Counted from the stretch's first letter, positions 11,901-21,997 are shown. The stretch: 64,000 nt of DNA from an uncultured delta proteobacterium (GCA_963769935.1 CAVYNY010000013.1:448001-512000); one strand, 5' to 3'. The notes: generated by a model not told the origin, from the letters alone. Numbers and translations: made by a program.

Positions 11901-12236
11901 CAGGTCTTCGCCGACATAATAACGGACCGTGACAATGGACATCGCTGGATTGCTGACGGAATAGACATACTCGACACCGGGAATCTGGTAGAGCAGTTTT
12001 TCCAATGGGGTGGACACCTGCCGTTCTACTTCCCTGGCCGAAGCCCCCGGCATGGAGATCATCACATCGGCCATGGGGACGACGATCTGGGGGTCCTCCT
12101 CCCGCGGCGTAATGCTGAGCGCCGCAATCCCGGCAATCAAGCTGATGAATATAAATGCCACCGACATGTTGCCCTGCAGAAAGGTCGCGACGATGCGATT
12201 GATTAATTTATGGGAGGCGCCCGGGGATTCGGTCAT
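8967..12236 (-). CDS. RND efflux permease (AcrB/AcrD/AcrF family)
   Basis: 1089 aa; PREEDPQI, GLVVDDPIVDVENI and RTRPIFLT motifs. Confidence 0.95.
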   Translation of the reverse strand: MTESPGASHKLINRIVATFLQGNMSVAFIFISLIAGIAALSITPREEDPQIVVPMADVMISMPGASAREVERQVSTPLEKLLYQIPGVEYVYSVSNPAMSIVTVRYYVGEDLERSWVKLYNKISSNIDKVPPGVSGWVVKPKEIDDVPIVAITLYSAEYSDYELRRMAEEMEIRLQAVSNAGPTYLVGGRPREVSVHLFPERMASRGISMQDIQRALTGANVALQAGDLTQQDADIRLKAGSFLASAQAVKNLIVGVYQDQPVYLWEVAKVRDGPTEAKDYTRIAFGTGAFTAWDPAAPQSEMPAGIERYKEYPAVTVAVAKRKKTNAVIVSREVQTEARLFAEQALPEGVFLRVTRDSGRSADDKVNDLVEALVVAIIIVVALLAYTLGWREGLIIALAVPITFSLTLLINYLLGYTINRVTLFALILALGLVVDDPIVDVENIHRHFAMRTHDPLQAVLNAVNEVRPPIILATFAVIISFLPMFFITGMMGPYMAPMALNVPLTMLMSMVVAFTITPWLSYHLLKGGYDKPAEKPFVLEESPLFRLYRAIMAPFFRSPGLRKAVIMVVVLLLGFAGWLVLSRRVPLKMLPFDNKNQLQVVIDMPRGTSLETTAAVSHTLADYLVRLPEVTDVTTFAGTNSPMDFNGLVRHYYLRHGIYQGDIRLNLVAKKHRAQQSHAIALRLRNELTAIARRHRAEIQIVESPPGPPVIATLVAEVFPASFDQSYAALVEGARNVRRLMAEIPDVVDLHDVIVAPQKEVVFRVDRTKAALNGINDQQIAALLQGAVNGEDTTALRLPDQVHPLPVVLQLPRDRRTLPASLGQLPIKGATGNVVFLSELGSFEEKVIDQPIYHKNLQRVVYVFGDTAGLPPPEVVFTLSEKVKTDPRLKDYDINWFGEGEMHITLQVFRDMGIAFLVAVFGIYILLLYQTQSYLLPAIQLIALPLSIIGIIPGFWLLNLVAAKAVGGFANPIYFTATAMIGMIALAGIATRNAILLIEFVEERKKEGKPLIRSLIEAGALRTRPIFLTSMTVMLAAWPITLDPIFSGLAWALIFGVFISTLFTLVVVPVVYYMAYARRFVKEDEHRS

Positions 12237-13453
12237 GGCAGGGCCACCTCCTCTCCTTCCTGCAGGCCCGTTAAGACTTCCACCCGGTCGTCATGTCTTG
12301 GGCCAAGGGTTACAAACCGCCGGTGGGGATAGCCGTCTGTGTCCAGCACGCTCACCAGGTGAAGCTGGCCGACTTCCCGCACGGCCGCCGCCGCAACGAC
12401 CAGGCTGCGATACGTTCCATAGGGAATCCCCAACCGGCCGTAAAGTCCGCTGACGAGGTTCGCTTGCGGGGCAAGCGCGATCTTGACCAGCGTGGTGCGG
12501 GAAGCAGGTTCCGCCTGGGGCACAATCTCCGCGATGGCGCCCTCCATCGTCGCCGAGAGCGCATCGATCTCCACCGTCAGGATCTGGCCCACCTCCAGGT
12601 GCGCAATGAGTGATTCGGCGATGTAGGCATGCAGCTGAGGCTGAGCGGCGACATCCAGCAGGAACAACGGCTGTCCGGGTGTCACCATATCGCCGATATC
12701 CACCATTTTTCGAATGACCCGCCCGGAGAAAGGTGCCCGGATCAGCGCGTAGCTGAGCATCGTCCGGGCCTCAAACACGGCCGCCTGAGCATGCTGCATC
12801 TGAGCCTCCATCCGCTTGACATCATCGCCGGCGGCGTTGACTTCCCGGCCGGCAGCTTGCAGCTGCGCTTCAGCCACGTCTTTCTGGGCCCGTATTTGCT
12901 GCAGCTGCTGTCCGGTGGCGGCCTTCTTGCGATAAAGGTCCTCGTAGTGCTGATAATCCCAACCGGCCAGCCGTTTTCTGGCCTGGGCCGCTTCCCGCTG
13001 CGCAACCGCGGCATCGAGTCTGGATTTGGCGGCCTCCATGGCGCGGGAGGCAGCCTCTACCTGGGATTGAGCCTGACGAAGCCGGGCCAGGATTTCGCGA
13101 TCGTCCAGCGTCGCCAACAGGGTGCCGTCGTTGCCTTCCAAACCCGGCGCTTCGACCCGGCTGCCTTCGTGGACCAGAATTTCTCTGACTTGTGCCATGA
13201 TCCGGCTGGCGATCCGCGCCTGGGTCTGGCTTCTGACCGTGCCGACCTGTTCCGCAATCAATGGGAATTCCCGCAGCTCAACCCGGGCGCTTGCAACGCA
13301 CGGCGGTTTGGATTTGGCTACCGGCGGACCGGGTTTTACTTTGCTGAGAAAAGTACCGGAAAGCCACAGCATGAGAAGTATTAAAAGCGCCAACACGCCC
13401 AGTCCCTTGGCGCTTCCGCTAAACAGCCGGCGCCTGCGCGACCGATCACTCAT
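12233..13453 (-). CDS. RND periplasmic adaptor (membrane fusion protein)
   Basis: N-terminal TM, long alpha-hairpin and IRAPFSGRV. The likely start is ATG 13453 (MSDRSRR), overlapping the TolC end. Confidence 0.92.
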   Translation of the reverse strand: MSDRSRRRRLFSGSAKGLGVLALLILLMLWLSGTFLSKVKPGPPVAKSKPPCVASARVELREFPLIAEQVGTVRSQTQARIASRIMAQVREILVHEGSRVEAPGLEGNDGTLLATLDDREILARLRQAQSQVEAASRAMEAAKSRLDAAVAQREAAQARKRLAGWDYQHYEDLYRKKAATGQQLQQIRAQKDVAEAQLQAAGREVNAAGDDVKRMEAQMQHAQAAVFEARTMLSYALIRAPFSGRVIRKMVDIGDMVTPGQPLFLLDVAAQPQLHAYIAESLIAHLEVGQILTVEIDALSATMEGAIAEIVPQAEPASRTTLVKIALAPQANLVSGLYGRLGIPYGTYRSLVVAAAAVREVGQLHLVSVLDTDGYPHRRFVTLGPRHDDRVEVLTGLQEGEEVALP

Positions 13454-14903
13454 GGCGCACCTCCATCCAGTTTGCAAACTCACCCAAGGTCTGTCTCAAG
13501 ACGGTCTGGGCAATTTTGCCCTCGAATAGGGCGGCGGTGTAAGCGACCTCCGCTCGGTTCCATGCGACGGTTGCCTGCAGGAGGGCATCCACTTTAACGA
13601 TCTCGTTTTGATAAAGATTCCTGGTTTCCTCAAGCGCCTCCCGTGCGTAGCGCTTGCGGTCAGCCGCCACGCGAATCTTCTGGGCGGCGTCTTCGATGGC
13701 GAGTACGGCCTGATTGACCTCCAGGGCAATGTCCAGCGCCACCTGCTCCCCCCTGGCCTGAAGCGCTTTCAAATCGGCCTGCGCCTGGCCGATCTTAGCA
13801 AGCGTCAGTCCGCCCTGGAAAAGCGGCCAGGTGGCCTGAACGGCCAACATCCAGCTGGTGCCGCTGTCGCCGAAATCCTCGGAATCCCACTGGTACCAGG
13901 ACTGGGCGGCAAGTTTCGGCCAAAGGTCCCCCTTGGCCGACTGCACCCGGTTCAGGGCCGCCGCGATCATAGCGCTCACCCCCGCTAATTCCGGGCGGCG
14001 TTCCAGCGCCTGTTCTATCAGCCCCGCCGCTTCCTCTGTCGGTTCGGCGGCATCGGCCGGCAGCTCGGTCGGCGAAGACGCCGGCGGAATTTCAGGGGCA
14101 TCAATCGGCCGGGTTATTAGCCGCTCAAGGGCGGCCTGCAGCCTTCGAGCGCTCGTTTCAGCCGTCACCAGATTGCCGTGCTGCTCAGCCGTCTGGGTCT
14201 TGAGGCGCAGGACTTCGCTGGGCAGGGCGATTTCAGCGGCCAGGCGCGCCTCGCCCAATTGTTCGTCGGTGCGGGCCGCTTCGAGCGCCGCTTCGGCAAC
14301 GTGAATGAAATCAAGGGCCTGAAGCCAGCGGTAATAGGTTTCCGCAACCGTCGCTACAAGCCGGTTGCGGGCGGCCAAAAGCTCGGCTTCAACCGAGCGC
14401 CTCTGGTTGTCGGCCGCCTGCCGGTCGTGCCAGCGGCTGCCGCCCTCGAAAATGGACAACTCCCCTTGAATCCGCGAGGAGAAGTTTTGCTGCTGTCCGG
14501 GATGGTTGAAATTGGTCTCGACTTCAAGCTGCCGCTGGTTGATGATGTTCATGAGGGCAAAGACCGGGTTGTCCGTCACGTTGAATCCTTCCGTGACGAT
14601 CACCCGCGGGTAAAAGGCCGCCTCCGCCTGGTGCACCTGTTCACCGGCAGCGTCCAGGCGTCGTCGAATCTGCTCCAACTCCGGACTGGCCGCAAGCGCC
14701 TCCTGGATTGCCTGGTCCACCGTCAGGGATGCCGGCGATTGGCCGGCGGCTTCGCGGGCGTTTTTCGCCCAGCGCTGCCGCACAGCGGCGGCCGTGAAGG
14801 AAGTTTCGCCATATGGCGCTGCCTGATCGGAAGAGATACAGCCGGCAGCGGTCCACAGCATCAAAATCCCTAAGACTTGCAAACCCCACGTTTTTTTCGA
14901 CAT
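13446..14903 (-). CDS. TolC-family outer membrane efflux lipoprotein
   Basis: Lipobox-like TAAGC and two OEP repeats; first gene of the tolC-MFP-RND operon. Confidence 0.9.
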   Translation of the reverse strand: MSKKTWGLQVLGILMLWTAAGCISSDQAAPYGETSFTAAAVRQRWAKNAREAAGQSPASLTVDQAIQEALAASPELEQIRRRLDAAGEQVHQAEAAFYPRVIVTEGFNVTDNPVFALMNIINQRQLEVETNFNHPGQQQNFSSRIQGELSIFEGGSRWHDRQAADNQRRSVEAELLAARNRLVATVAETYYRWLQALDFIHVAEAALEAARTDEQLGEARLAAEIALPSEVLRLKTQTAEQHGNLVTAETSARRLQAALERLITRPIDAPEIPPASSPTELPADAAEPTEEAAGLIEQALERRPELAGVSAMIAAALNRVQSAKGDLWPKLAAQSWYQWDSEDFGDSGTSWMLAVQATWPLFQGGLTLAKIGQAQADLKALQARGEQVALDIALEVNQAVLAIEDAAQKIRVAADRKRYAREALEETRNLYQNEIVKVDALLQATVAWNRAEVAYTAALFEGKIAQTVLRQTLGEFANWMEVRHE

Positions 14904-15060
14904 CCACCCTCCCCTGGGTCGGCATCATCACATCCGAATTATTTATGATTTTCGACCCGCCGCTTAAAAGGCAACCTCCGGCAATGCTGTCAGGAAGATG
15001 CCCTATCCGTCGCTGCCCTACTGCGGTCCCTTTTAAAACCTCCGAACTCCCACTTCATCG

Positions 15061-17799
15061 TCAAGTGGCGTCGTTATAATCGGGCGACAGTTGCACTTGA
15101 AAAGGCGGCATCAGCCCCAGGGTCGTCGGTAGGCCTACCGGCAGGCCTGCGATTTTGGGAGGCAGACTGGGCATGCAGCGCACGGGCAGCCGATAGGTTG
15201 CAGCATGCATCTTAAAACGGACGATCCCTCCTTCCTGCAGGCCGAGCTGCGCCATATCCCGGTCGTTTAGACCGATATAAGGCTCAGGGGCCCGCTGCGC
15301 GATTCCGGCTGCCAGCATACTCAGCTCCTCTGATCCGAAAATGTGATGAATCGCTACAACCAGCCACTGCCCCGGCGGTGGTTCGGTATGGGTCGGAACG
15401 TGTGTGAAATATGGGATCTCTTCACAGGTTTGAAACTCAAACAGGCGACGCCCCGGGTCGCCGCCGCGCAGCGGTCCGCCGACTTCCTCCTGGAACCTGT
15501 TCAGCGCCTGCACCGAATTCCATCCGGGCGCCCAATAATTGGTAATCAAAGAGGAAGGCGGCTGCCCTTCGAATCCTTCCATGGAAAAGGACAATGGCGA
15601 TTGATGATCAGCCGGCGGCTTGGATTCGTGGATCGACATGTTCGCTTCGATCGCCGTCCGGCCGCTGTACCGGAAAGTTTGGCGCGGTATCTTCATGCCC
15701 ACCTCGCGGAACCCGGCCGGCGGTGCGATGCGCGGCGCAGGGGTGAAATCTTTCAGGTCTTCGGCCATGGCCGCCAGAACGTCCTCTAGCTGCTGCCACC
15801 ATAGGCCTTCCGGGCGCCGGCTGGCGGCCATCATGTCGCGCAGCCACATCCAGCTGGGTTGAATGTCGCCCTCCGGCGCAAAGACCTGGTAGGAGCGCTG
15901 CAGACGCCCCTCGTTGTTCATCAGGGTGCCCTCTGACTCGGCAAAGGTGGCCGCCGGCAGCACGGCTTCAGCCCGCGCGGCGGTGGCATTCTCCAGGTGG
16001 TCGAGCACGATGAGATGGCCGCAGTCGTTCAGGAACCGGTCGATAACCGCGGACGGCGCCCGGCGGTAAAGTTCGTTTTCCAGGACGACGGCCGTCGGCC
16101 TGCGGCCGTGTTTTACAGCCTCAAATGCCTCGGAAAGCGGACGGCCTCCCATGAGTCGCAGACCCAGACTGTTGCATTCGGGCACCACCAGGCCCAACTC
16201 CGATGGTTGGCCGCCGGCGCACAGGGCCCAGGCGACATTAACGGCCGCCTGCATGACAGCGGCGCTGCCCAGACTTGTGCCCGAAATGATAATGGGCCGC
16301 TTGGCGCGCTTTAATTTGTCGGCGATTTCCCCTGCCAGCGGGTGCAGTTCAGCGGACAAGCCGGCAGCGGGTGGAACCATTGCGGAAAGGGCGTGAGCGA
16401 CTGCAAACCCAAGCTGTGCCAACTGATCCGGTGCTGCCCGCACGGCAGCGGCCGCGACGGCATCCAGTTTGGTGGCATGGGTTGTGGCCACATAGAGCGG
16501 GCTGGGTTCTTCATGGACAATCTCGCCGATGGCCGCATCGTTCCAGACGGGTATTCCCAGGCGGATCTCCTCTGGCGTCTGCCGCCGTCTCAGCCACTGC
16601 CGCAACGATAGGTCCAACATCGGGGCGGTATTGGTGATATCTTCTCCCAGAATCAACATGGCATCAGCCTGCTCCAGGTCTCGCAGGGATGGAGAACGCG
16701 CCGGGCCGTTGCGGTGCATATCAATGGCCAGGCCAACCAGCTCATAGTCCTGCTCGGACATCCCCAGATAAAAGTTCTCCGGCCCCACCAGGGTGCGCAG
16801 AACGAAATTGGACTCCAAGGAGGCGCGCGGCGAGCCGATGCCGATCACGTCTTGGCCCGCACCAAGCAGCTGCGCCAGACGTTGCAGGATGCTGTCCTTT
16901 GAAACCGCATTCGCCTCAACATTGACGGAGTCGCCCGGGGAGCTTTTCAGCAAAGGTCGGCGAATACGACGAGGGTGGTTGACAAACAGGTAGCCGTAAC
17001 GCCCGCGGTCGCAGAGAAAATAGCCGTTCACATCGGCGTTGTAGCGGTTCCGAATGCGGCGCAATTCACCGCAGCGCTCAGCCGGGAAAGTGTTGCACCC
17101 CAGTCCGCAGTGGACGCAGATGGAGGGCGCCGTCTGCAGGTCCCACTTGCGCGTGTAATGTCGGGCCGAGGTCTTGTCCGTAAAGACCCCGGTCGGACAG
17201 ACTTCGACCAGGTTGCCGCTGAATTCGCTCTCCAGCGGACCGTCGGCCTGACGCCCGAAGTAGACGCGGTTATGAGCTCCATATACGCCCAGGTCGAGGC
17301 CTCCGGCGTATTCGTTGTAAAAACGCACGCACCGGTAGCAGTGAATGCAGCGGTTCATCTCGTGCCGGATAAAGGGCCCCAGGTCCTGATTGCGGTAGGT
17401 TCGCTTCTTGAAGCGGAAACGCCGGCGGCTGTGCCCGGTCATCGCCGTCATGTCCTGCAGGTGGCACTCTCCGCCTTCGTCGCACACGGGGCAATCGTGG
17501 GGGTGGTTGATCATGAGCAGTTCGATCATTTGGGCCCGAAAACGCATGACCTCAGGGTCTTCAATGGAGATACGCGTGCCGTCTGCGGCGGGCGTCAAAC
17601 ACGCCATGACGATCTTGCCCGTCTGGTCGTTCTCATCTTTGAAAAGCTTAACCGCACATAGCCGGCAGGCACCCACCGAGCCCATGGCCGGATGCCAACA
17701 AAAATAGGGTATATTAAAGCCCAACGAAAGGCAAACATGCAGCAGGTTCTGCCCCTCTTCGGTCTCATACGGCCGGCCTTCAATGTAGATGGTAGGCAT
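15061..17799 (-). CDS. nuoG: NADH-quinone oxidoreductase subunit G (long, E. coli-like type)
   Basis: FCWHPAMGSVGACRLC, HPHDCPVCDEGGECHLQD, CIHCYRC and CVHCGLGC clusters; 912 aa. Confidence 0.95.
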   Translation of the reverse strand: MPTIYIEGRPYETEEGQNLLHVCLSLGFNIPYFCWHPAMGSVGACRLCAVKLFKDENDQTGKIVMACLTPAADGTRISIEDPEVMRFRAQMIELLMINHPHDCPVCDEGGECHLQDMTAMTGHSRRRFRFKKRTYRNQDLGPFIRHEMNRCIHCYRCVRFYNEYAGGLDLGVYGAHNRVYFGRQADGPLESEFSGNLVEVCPTGVFTDKTSARHYTRKWDLQTAPSICVHCGLGCNTFPAERCGELRRIRNRYNADVNGYFLCDRGRYGYLFVNHPRRIRRPLLKSSPGDSVNVEANAVSKDSILQRLAQLLGAGQDVIGIGSPRASLESNFVLRTLVGPENFYLGMSEQDYELVGLAIDMHRNGPARSPSLRDLEQADAMLILGEDITNTAPMLDLSLRQWLRRRQTPEEIRLGIPVWNDAAIGEIVHEEPSPLYVATTHATKLDAVAAAAVRAAPDQLAQLGFAVAHALSAMVPPAAGLSAELHPLAGEIADKLKRAKRPIIISGTSLGSAAVMQAAVNVAWALCAGGQPSELGLVVPECNSLGLRLMGGRPLSEAFEAVKHGRRPTAVVLENELYRRAPSAVIDRFLNDCGHLIVLDHLENATAARAEAVLPAATFAESEGTLMNNEGRLQRSYQVFAPEGDIQPSWMWLRDMMAASRRPEGLWWQQLEDVLAAMAEDLKDFTPAPRIAPPAGFREVGMKIPRQTFRYSGRTAIEANMSIHESKPPADHQSPLSFSMEGFEGQPPSSLITNYWAPGWNSVQALNRFQEEVGGPLRGGDPGRRLFEFQTCEEIPYFTHVPTHTEPPPGQWLVVAIHHIFGSEELSMLAAGIAQRAPEPYIGLNDRDMAQLGLQEGGIVRFKMHAATYRLPVRCMPSLPPKIAGLPVGLPTTLGLMPPFQVQLSPDYNDAT

Positions 17800-17802
17800 C
17801 GG

Positions 17803-19077
17803 TTACCTCCACGGGCATTTCTGCCCGACGATGTGTTGCTCAAAATCATCCCGAAAGTGCTTGAGCGCACTTGCCAGCGGCTCCATGGCACCGGACGCCA
17901 AATCGCAAAAGGTATGGCCGGGGGCCATCATCTGGACCAATTCCGGCAGTAAGTCGAAGTCTTCGCTCTTGGCGCTGCCCGCTTCGATTTCGTGCAGCAG
18001 CTCCGCTACCCATGGAAGTCCCTCCCGGCAGGGGGTGCACCAGCCGCAGGATTCACCGGCATAGAACTTTTCCAGGTTATGAACCATCGCAACCGGACAG
18101 GTTTGATCGTCGAGAACGATCAGGGTGCCGGTGCCCAGCCGGCTTCCGACCTTTTGCAGTGAGGCGATATCCAGCGGTGTATCCAGTTCTTTTGCGAGGA
18201 CAAAACCGCTGGAGGCGCCTCCCGGCATAACCGCTCGTAATTTCAACCCCCCACGCATGCCACCGGCATACTGCTCCAACACTTCGCGGATGGTAATGCC
18301 TGTCGGCAGCTCCCAAACCCCCGGCTTATTAACTTTGCCGCTCACACAATAAATCTTGGTCCCGCCTTCCGCGGTTCGCCCCAGACTGAGGTACCATTGC
18401 GGACCGTTAACAATGATGGGCGGCACGCTGAAAAGCGTTTCGACATTGTTTACCACGGTCGGCTTGCCGAAAAAGCCCTCGGTCGACATGTGCGGCGGTT
18501 TATGCCGTGGAGTCGGTCGCCGGCCTTCAAGGGCGTTGATCATGGCGGAAGCTTCGCCGCAGATATAGCGGCCGGCACTGGAGTGCACGTAAAGCTCCAG
18601 ATTCATATGGGAGCCGAGGATGTTTTTGCCGAGCAGGTTGTGCGCGTACGCCTCGTCGATGGCCTTCGCCAGGCGCCCGGCGGCTTTGCGGTAGGATGCG
18701 CGCAGGAAGATGTAAGCTGTTTCGGCCTCAATCGCATAGGATGCCAAAGCGATCCCCTCAATGAGCTGATGCGGGCTGCCCTCCATGAGAAAGCGATCCT
18801 TGAAGGTGCCGGGCTCCATTTCATCGGCATTGCAGGTCATATATTTGACGGCGGAAGCTTGCTCGCCCCTGGGCATAAAGCTCCACTTGCGGCCGGTTGA
18901 AAAGCCGGCCCCTCCGCGGCCGTGCAGTTTGGCGTCCTGGACGATGCCAATCACCGCCTGCGGCGTCAGGTTGTGCAGCGCCCGGCGCAGGCCCTGGTAT
19001 CCGCCGGCCGCTTCATATTCCTTCAGGCTCAGGGGTTGTCCGTCGGAGCGGAAAGAACCGGTCATGGGCAGCTCCAT
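17803..19077 (-). CDS. nuoF: NADH-quinone oxidoreductase subunit F
   Basis: GRGGAGF, NADEMEPGTFKDR, YICGE and ESCGWCTPCREG motifs. GGAGG precedes ATG 19077. Confidence 0.95.
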   Translation of the reverse strand: MELPMTGSFRSDGQPLSLKEYEAAGGYQGLRRALHNLTPQAVIGIVQDAKLHGRGGAGFSTGRKWSFMPRGEQASAVKYMTCNADEMEPGTFKDRFLMEGSPHQLIEGIALASYAIEAETAYIFLRASYRKAAGRLAKAIDEAYAHNLLGKNILGSHMNLELYVHSSAGRYICGEASAMINALEGRRPTPRHKPPHMSTEGFFGKPTVVNNVETLFSVPPIIVNGPQWYLSLGRTAEGGTKIYCVSGKVNKPGVWELPTGITIREVLEQYAGGMRGGLKLRAVMPGGASSGFVLAKELDTPLDIASLQKVGSRLGTGTLIVLDDQTCPVAMVHNLEKFYAGESCGWCTPCREGLPWVAELLHEIEAGSAKSEDFDLLPELVQMMAPGHTFCDLASGAMEPLASALKHFRDDFEQHIVGQKCPWR

Positions 19078-19358
19078 CGCTTTGACCTCCAATTGGTGTG
19101 GCCCTGCCAGTCGAATCTAGTCAATGCTTTTCTGGTGCAGGCCTCGGAATTCGACCGAATTTTAAAAGTTTTAAATTTTAATGGAGAAAATACACAAAAA
19201 TTTGAAGTGGTAGAAGTATTAAAAGTGATCTATACCACTGCCAAAATCTTAAAAAAAATGGGTTATATTGTGTATTTTAATAGAATAAGCTATGTATTTT
19301 AAGTAAAGAATCCTGGCCCGGAGGCCCCGCCGAAGGCGGGGTTTGACTTCACCCCAGC

Positions 19359-19485
19359 TTCCGGCTCGTAGAGCCTACAGCTCGGAGAGAGGGATGGTGC
19401 TGGCTCTCAGAGAACCCATGAAATAATGGAATGGTGGCCTCCGGCTCGGAGAGCCTACGGATCGGAGAGCCTACGGATCGGAGAG
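19359..19485. repeat. Intergenic repeat: two copies of TCCGGCTCG(G/T)AGAGCCTAC..TCGGAGAG, the second with an internal 16-bp tandem duplication
   Basis: Copies at 19359-19389 and 19439-19485; hairpin CCCCGCCGAAGGCGGGG at 19325-19341. Confidence 0.75.
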
Positions 19486-19708
19486 AAAAATGGAATATTG
19501 GGGATCAAAATGGGAAACTTCATTTTCAACCCGGACGAATTCTTAAATACAGCGTAATTCTCATCCAAATACATGATCCATCTTATTTATATTTTAAGAA
19601 ACTACGGATAAAGAACAGCCGGGAGGAAAAAATGGCTCCGAATGCAATTTTTGACTCCCAAAGGCGAAAATCTCAACGTTTGGTGAGATAAAATTAAGGG
19701 ATTGTTGA

Positions 19709-20266
19709 TTGAAATACCTGACTGCCACAGCAATTTTAATCTTTGTCTGCTATTCTGCGGCCGTTTCAAATGCGGACCAGCTTTATATATGGACGGATAA
19801 AAGCGGTGAAACGCATATTACCCAGGAGCCGCCGCCGGAAGGAGCCCAAAAAAATTCGGTTATCGAATACACACCGCAGCCCGAAAAAGAAGTGAAACAA
19901 TACCAACAGCAGCAGCAGATAGAATTTGCAACCCAGCGCCTGGAACAACGGCGGCAAGAAGCTCTGGCAGCGCGCAAAAAAGCCGACGAAGCGCGCAGGG
20001 AAGCGCAGCAGGCAAGGATAGAGGCGGATACAGTAACCCGCAAGGCGCAGGAGTATATCGACACCCATAATCGAAACCAGTATATGCGCCGGGCCTTCAA
20101 GTATGATAGGAGAAAGGCGGCTGAGGGAGCCGACGCTGCCCAGGAAAAAGCCCTGGAAGCCGAAAAAAGGGCGCAAGCGGCCGAGAAGGAGGCGCAAGCG
20201 GCTGCGCAACGTTTGCAGCAGGCGCTGCAGCAGACCCCGCTGACTGATCAGAATCGCGGGCAGTGA
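19709..20266 (+). CDS. DUF4124-type exported protein with coiled-coil tail
   Basis: Signal peptide, LYIWTDKSGETHITQEPPP motif and an A/E/Q/K-rich helix. Confidence 0.8.
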   Translation: MKYLTATAILIFVCYSAAVSNADQLYIWTDKSGETHITQEPPPEGAQKNSVIEYTPQPEKEVKQYQQQQQIEFATQRLEQRRQEALAARKKADEARREAQQARIEADTVTRKAQEYIDTHNRNQYMRRAFKYDRRKAAEGADAAQEKALEAEKRAQAAEKEAQAAAQRLQQALQQTPLTDQNRGQ

Positions 20267-20281
20267 TGCCGTGGCCTATGT

Positions 20282-21997
20282 TTACATTTTCCCCGAGCGG
20301 AATATGGAGATGATCAACCAGAACCCCAGGATGGTTGCCAGCGAGTAGCCGAGCAGGCCGAGCAGGCCGGTTATCGAAACGGTATGGCTGCCGTAGAAGT
20401 CAACCGTGAATTCCAGCAGCTTCTGGGAAGAGTTTAGAACCAGGGAGCCGGCAATCAGGGAGGCGCTGATCACCAGACCAACCGTGAGTCGATTCATGGA
20501 TTTTTCCATCCTGGCCGGAATCTCCTGAAATCCTTTGAGCCGGATTTCGATGGGACGTTTTCCGGTAGCCAAGCCTTTGATGAGATCGTTGAGCAGCCGG
20601 GGGATATCCTTCAGATAGCCGTGGGTGGACCGGATCTCCCGGCCGATGTTGTGCACCAGCTTCTGAGCGTCGTAGCCGCGCTGCAGCAGTTCTTTCGCGT
20701 AGGGCCGGGTAACCTCGAGCAGGCTGGCGTCGCTGCCCAGGATTTTGCCCAGCGCTTCGGTCTGAATAAACGTCTTCATCAGCAGCATCAAATCCCGGGG
20801 CAAGCAGATCCGATATTTGACCAGCAGCTGCATGACTTGCTCATAAACGTCTCTAACCGCAATGGTCTTCAGCGTTCGCCCGTAAAAGGGTTCGCTGATA
20901 TCCTTTAAGTCATTGCGAAAATTTTTCAGATTGACGGTCCCCTCACTGATCAAACCGGCATCCTCGAGGGCATCCATGATCATGTTGTAATCGTGTTCCG
21001 CATAGCCCAGCAACACGTTGGCCAGTTGCATCATCGTCTCTTCATCAAGATAACCGATGATGCCGAAATCCAGCAGGCTGACCCTTCCATCGTACATCAC
21101 AACGGTATTGCCGGGATGGGGATCGGCGTGGAATAGACCAAACTCCATCAGCTGCCGCGAAAAGGACCGCAAGCCGATCATGGCGATTTCTTTGGGATCG
21201 ATATTGTTGGCGATGATTTCGTCGACCTGATCCATTTTGATCCCGTCAATGTGCTCCATCACCAGGACGGACCTTGCGGTGTAGTCCCAGTAGACTTTCG
21301 GGATGTAGAGTTCTTGGCTGTCTCTGAAGTTCTGGGCAAACCGTTCTATGTTGCCGGCTTCGATATACATGTCGAGCTCGCGAAAAATGCTTCTTTCAAA
21401 CTCCTTAACCAGGTCCACAAAGCTGATGATCTTGCCGATCTCAAACGATTTTTCAATTTTCGCCGCGAAGTAGTACATCAGCCGGATGTCTTCACGGATC
21501 TTTTTGTCGATGCCGGGTCGAATAACCTTCACCACAACCCGCCGGTGCTCGTCCAGTTCGGCCGCATGCACCTGAGCGACCGAAGCCGCAGCCAGCGCTT
21601 CCTCCTCGATGGACACGAAGGTATCTGATAAGGGCCGTTTAAGCTCTCTTTCAATCACCGCCTTGATCTCTTCGAAAGGGATGGGCGGAACCTGGTCCTG
21701 CAGTTTTTTAAACTCGGCAATATATTCCGGGGGAAAGATATCGGCCCGGGTACTCATCAACTGGCCCAATTTGATAAAACTGGGTCCAAGTTCTTCGAGA
21801 ACCCGACGAATTCGCTGCGGCGACGGATAAGCCGTGCGGGCCACCCCAGGCCTGTCGTTTTCAGCGGGGACGGAGATCTTCTTACGGTTTGCGATTCGAT
21901 CCAGGATATCACCAAGCCCGTGTTTCACCATCAGCCGGGTGATAACACCGAACCGTTTGATGTTGCTGACCCGATAGGTCTTTTTGGAAAAATTCAT
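20282..21997 (-). CDS. AarF/ABC1/UbiB-family atypical kinase
   Basis: LGPSFIKLGQ, AAASVAQVH, FHADPHPGN and LDFG motifs; C-terminal TMs. Confidence 0.93.
   Translation of the reverse strand: MNFSKKTYRVSNIKRFGVITRLMVKHGLGDILDRIANRKKISVPAENDRPGVARTAYPSPQRIRRVLEELGPSFIKLGQLMSTRADIFPPEYIAEFKKLQDQVPPIPFEEIKAVIERELKRPLSDTFVSIEEEALAAASVAQVHAAELDEHRRVVVKVIRPGIDKKIREDIRLMYYFAAKIEKSFEIGKIISFVDLVKEFERSIFRELDMYIEAGNIERFAQNFRDSQELYIPKVYWDYTARSVLVMEHIDGIKMDQVDEIIANNIDPKEIAMIGLRSFSRQLMEFGLFHADPHPGNTVVMYDGRVSLLDFGIIGYLDEETMMQLANVLLGYAEHDYNMIMDALEDAGLISEGTVNLKNFRNDLKDISEPFYGRTLKTIAVRDVYEQVMQLLVKYRICLPRDLMLLMKTFIQTEALGKILGSDASLLEVTRPYAKELLQRGYDAQKLVHNIGREIRSTHGYLKDIPRLLNDLIKGLATGKRPIEIRLKGFQEIPARMEKSMNRLTVGLVISASLIAGSLVLNSSQKLLEFTVDFYGSHTVSITGLLGLLGYSLATILGFWLIISIFRSGKM

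Noticed and set aside
19359..19485. CRISPR array
   Set aside because: Only two imperfect units, no regular spacers and no cas genes.
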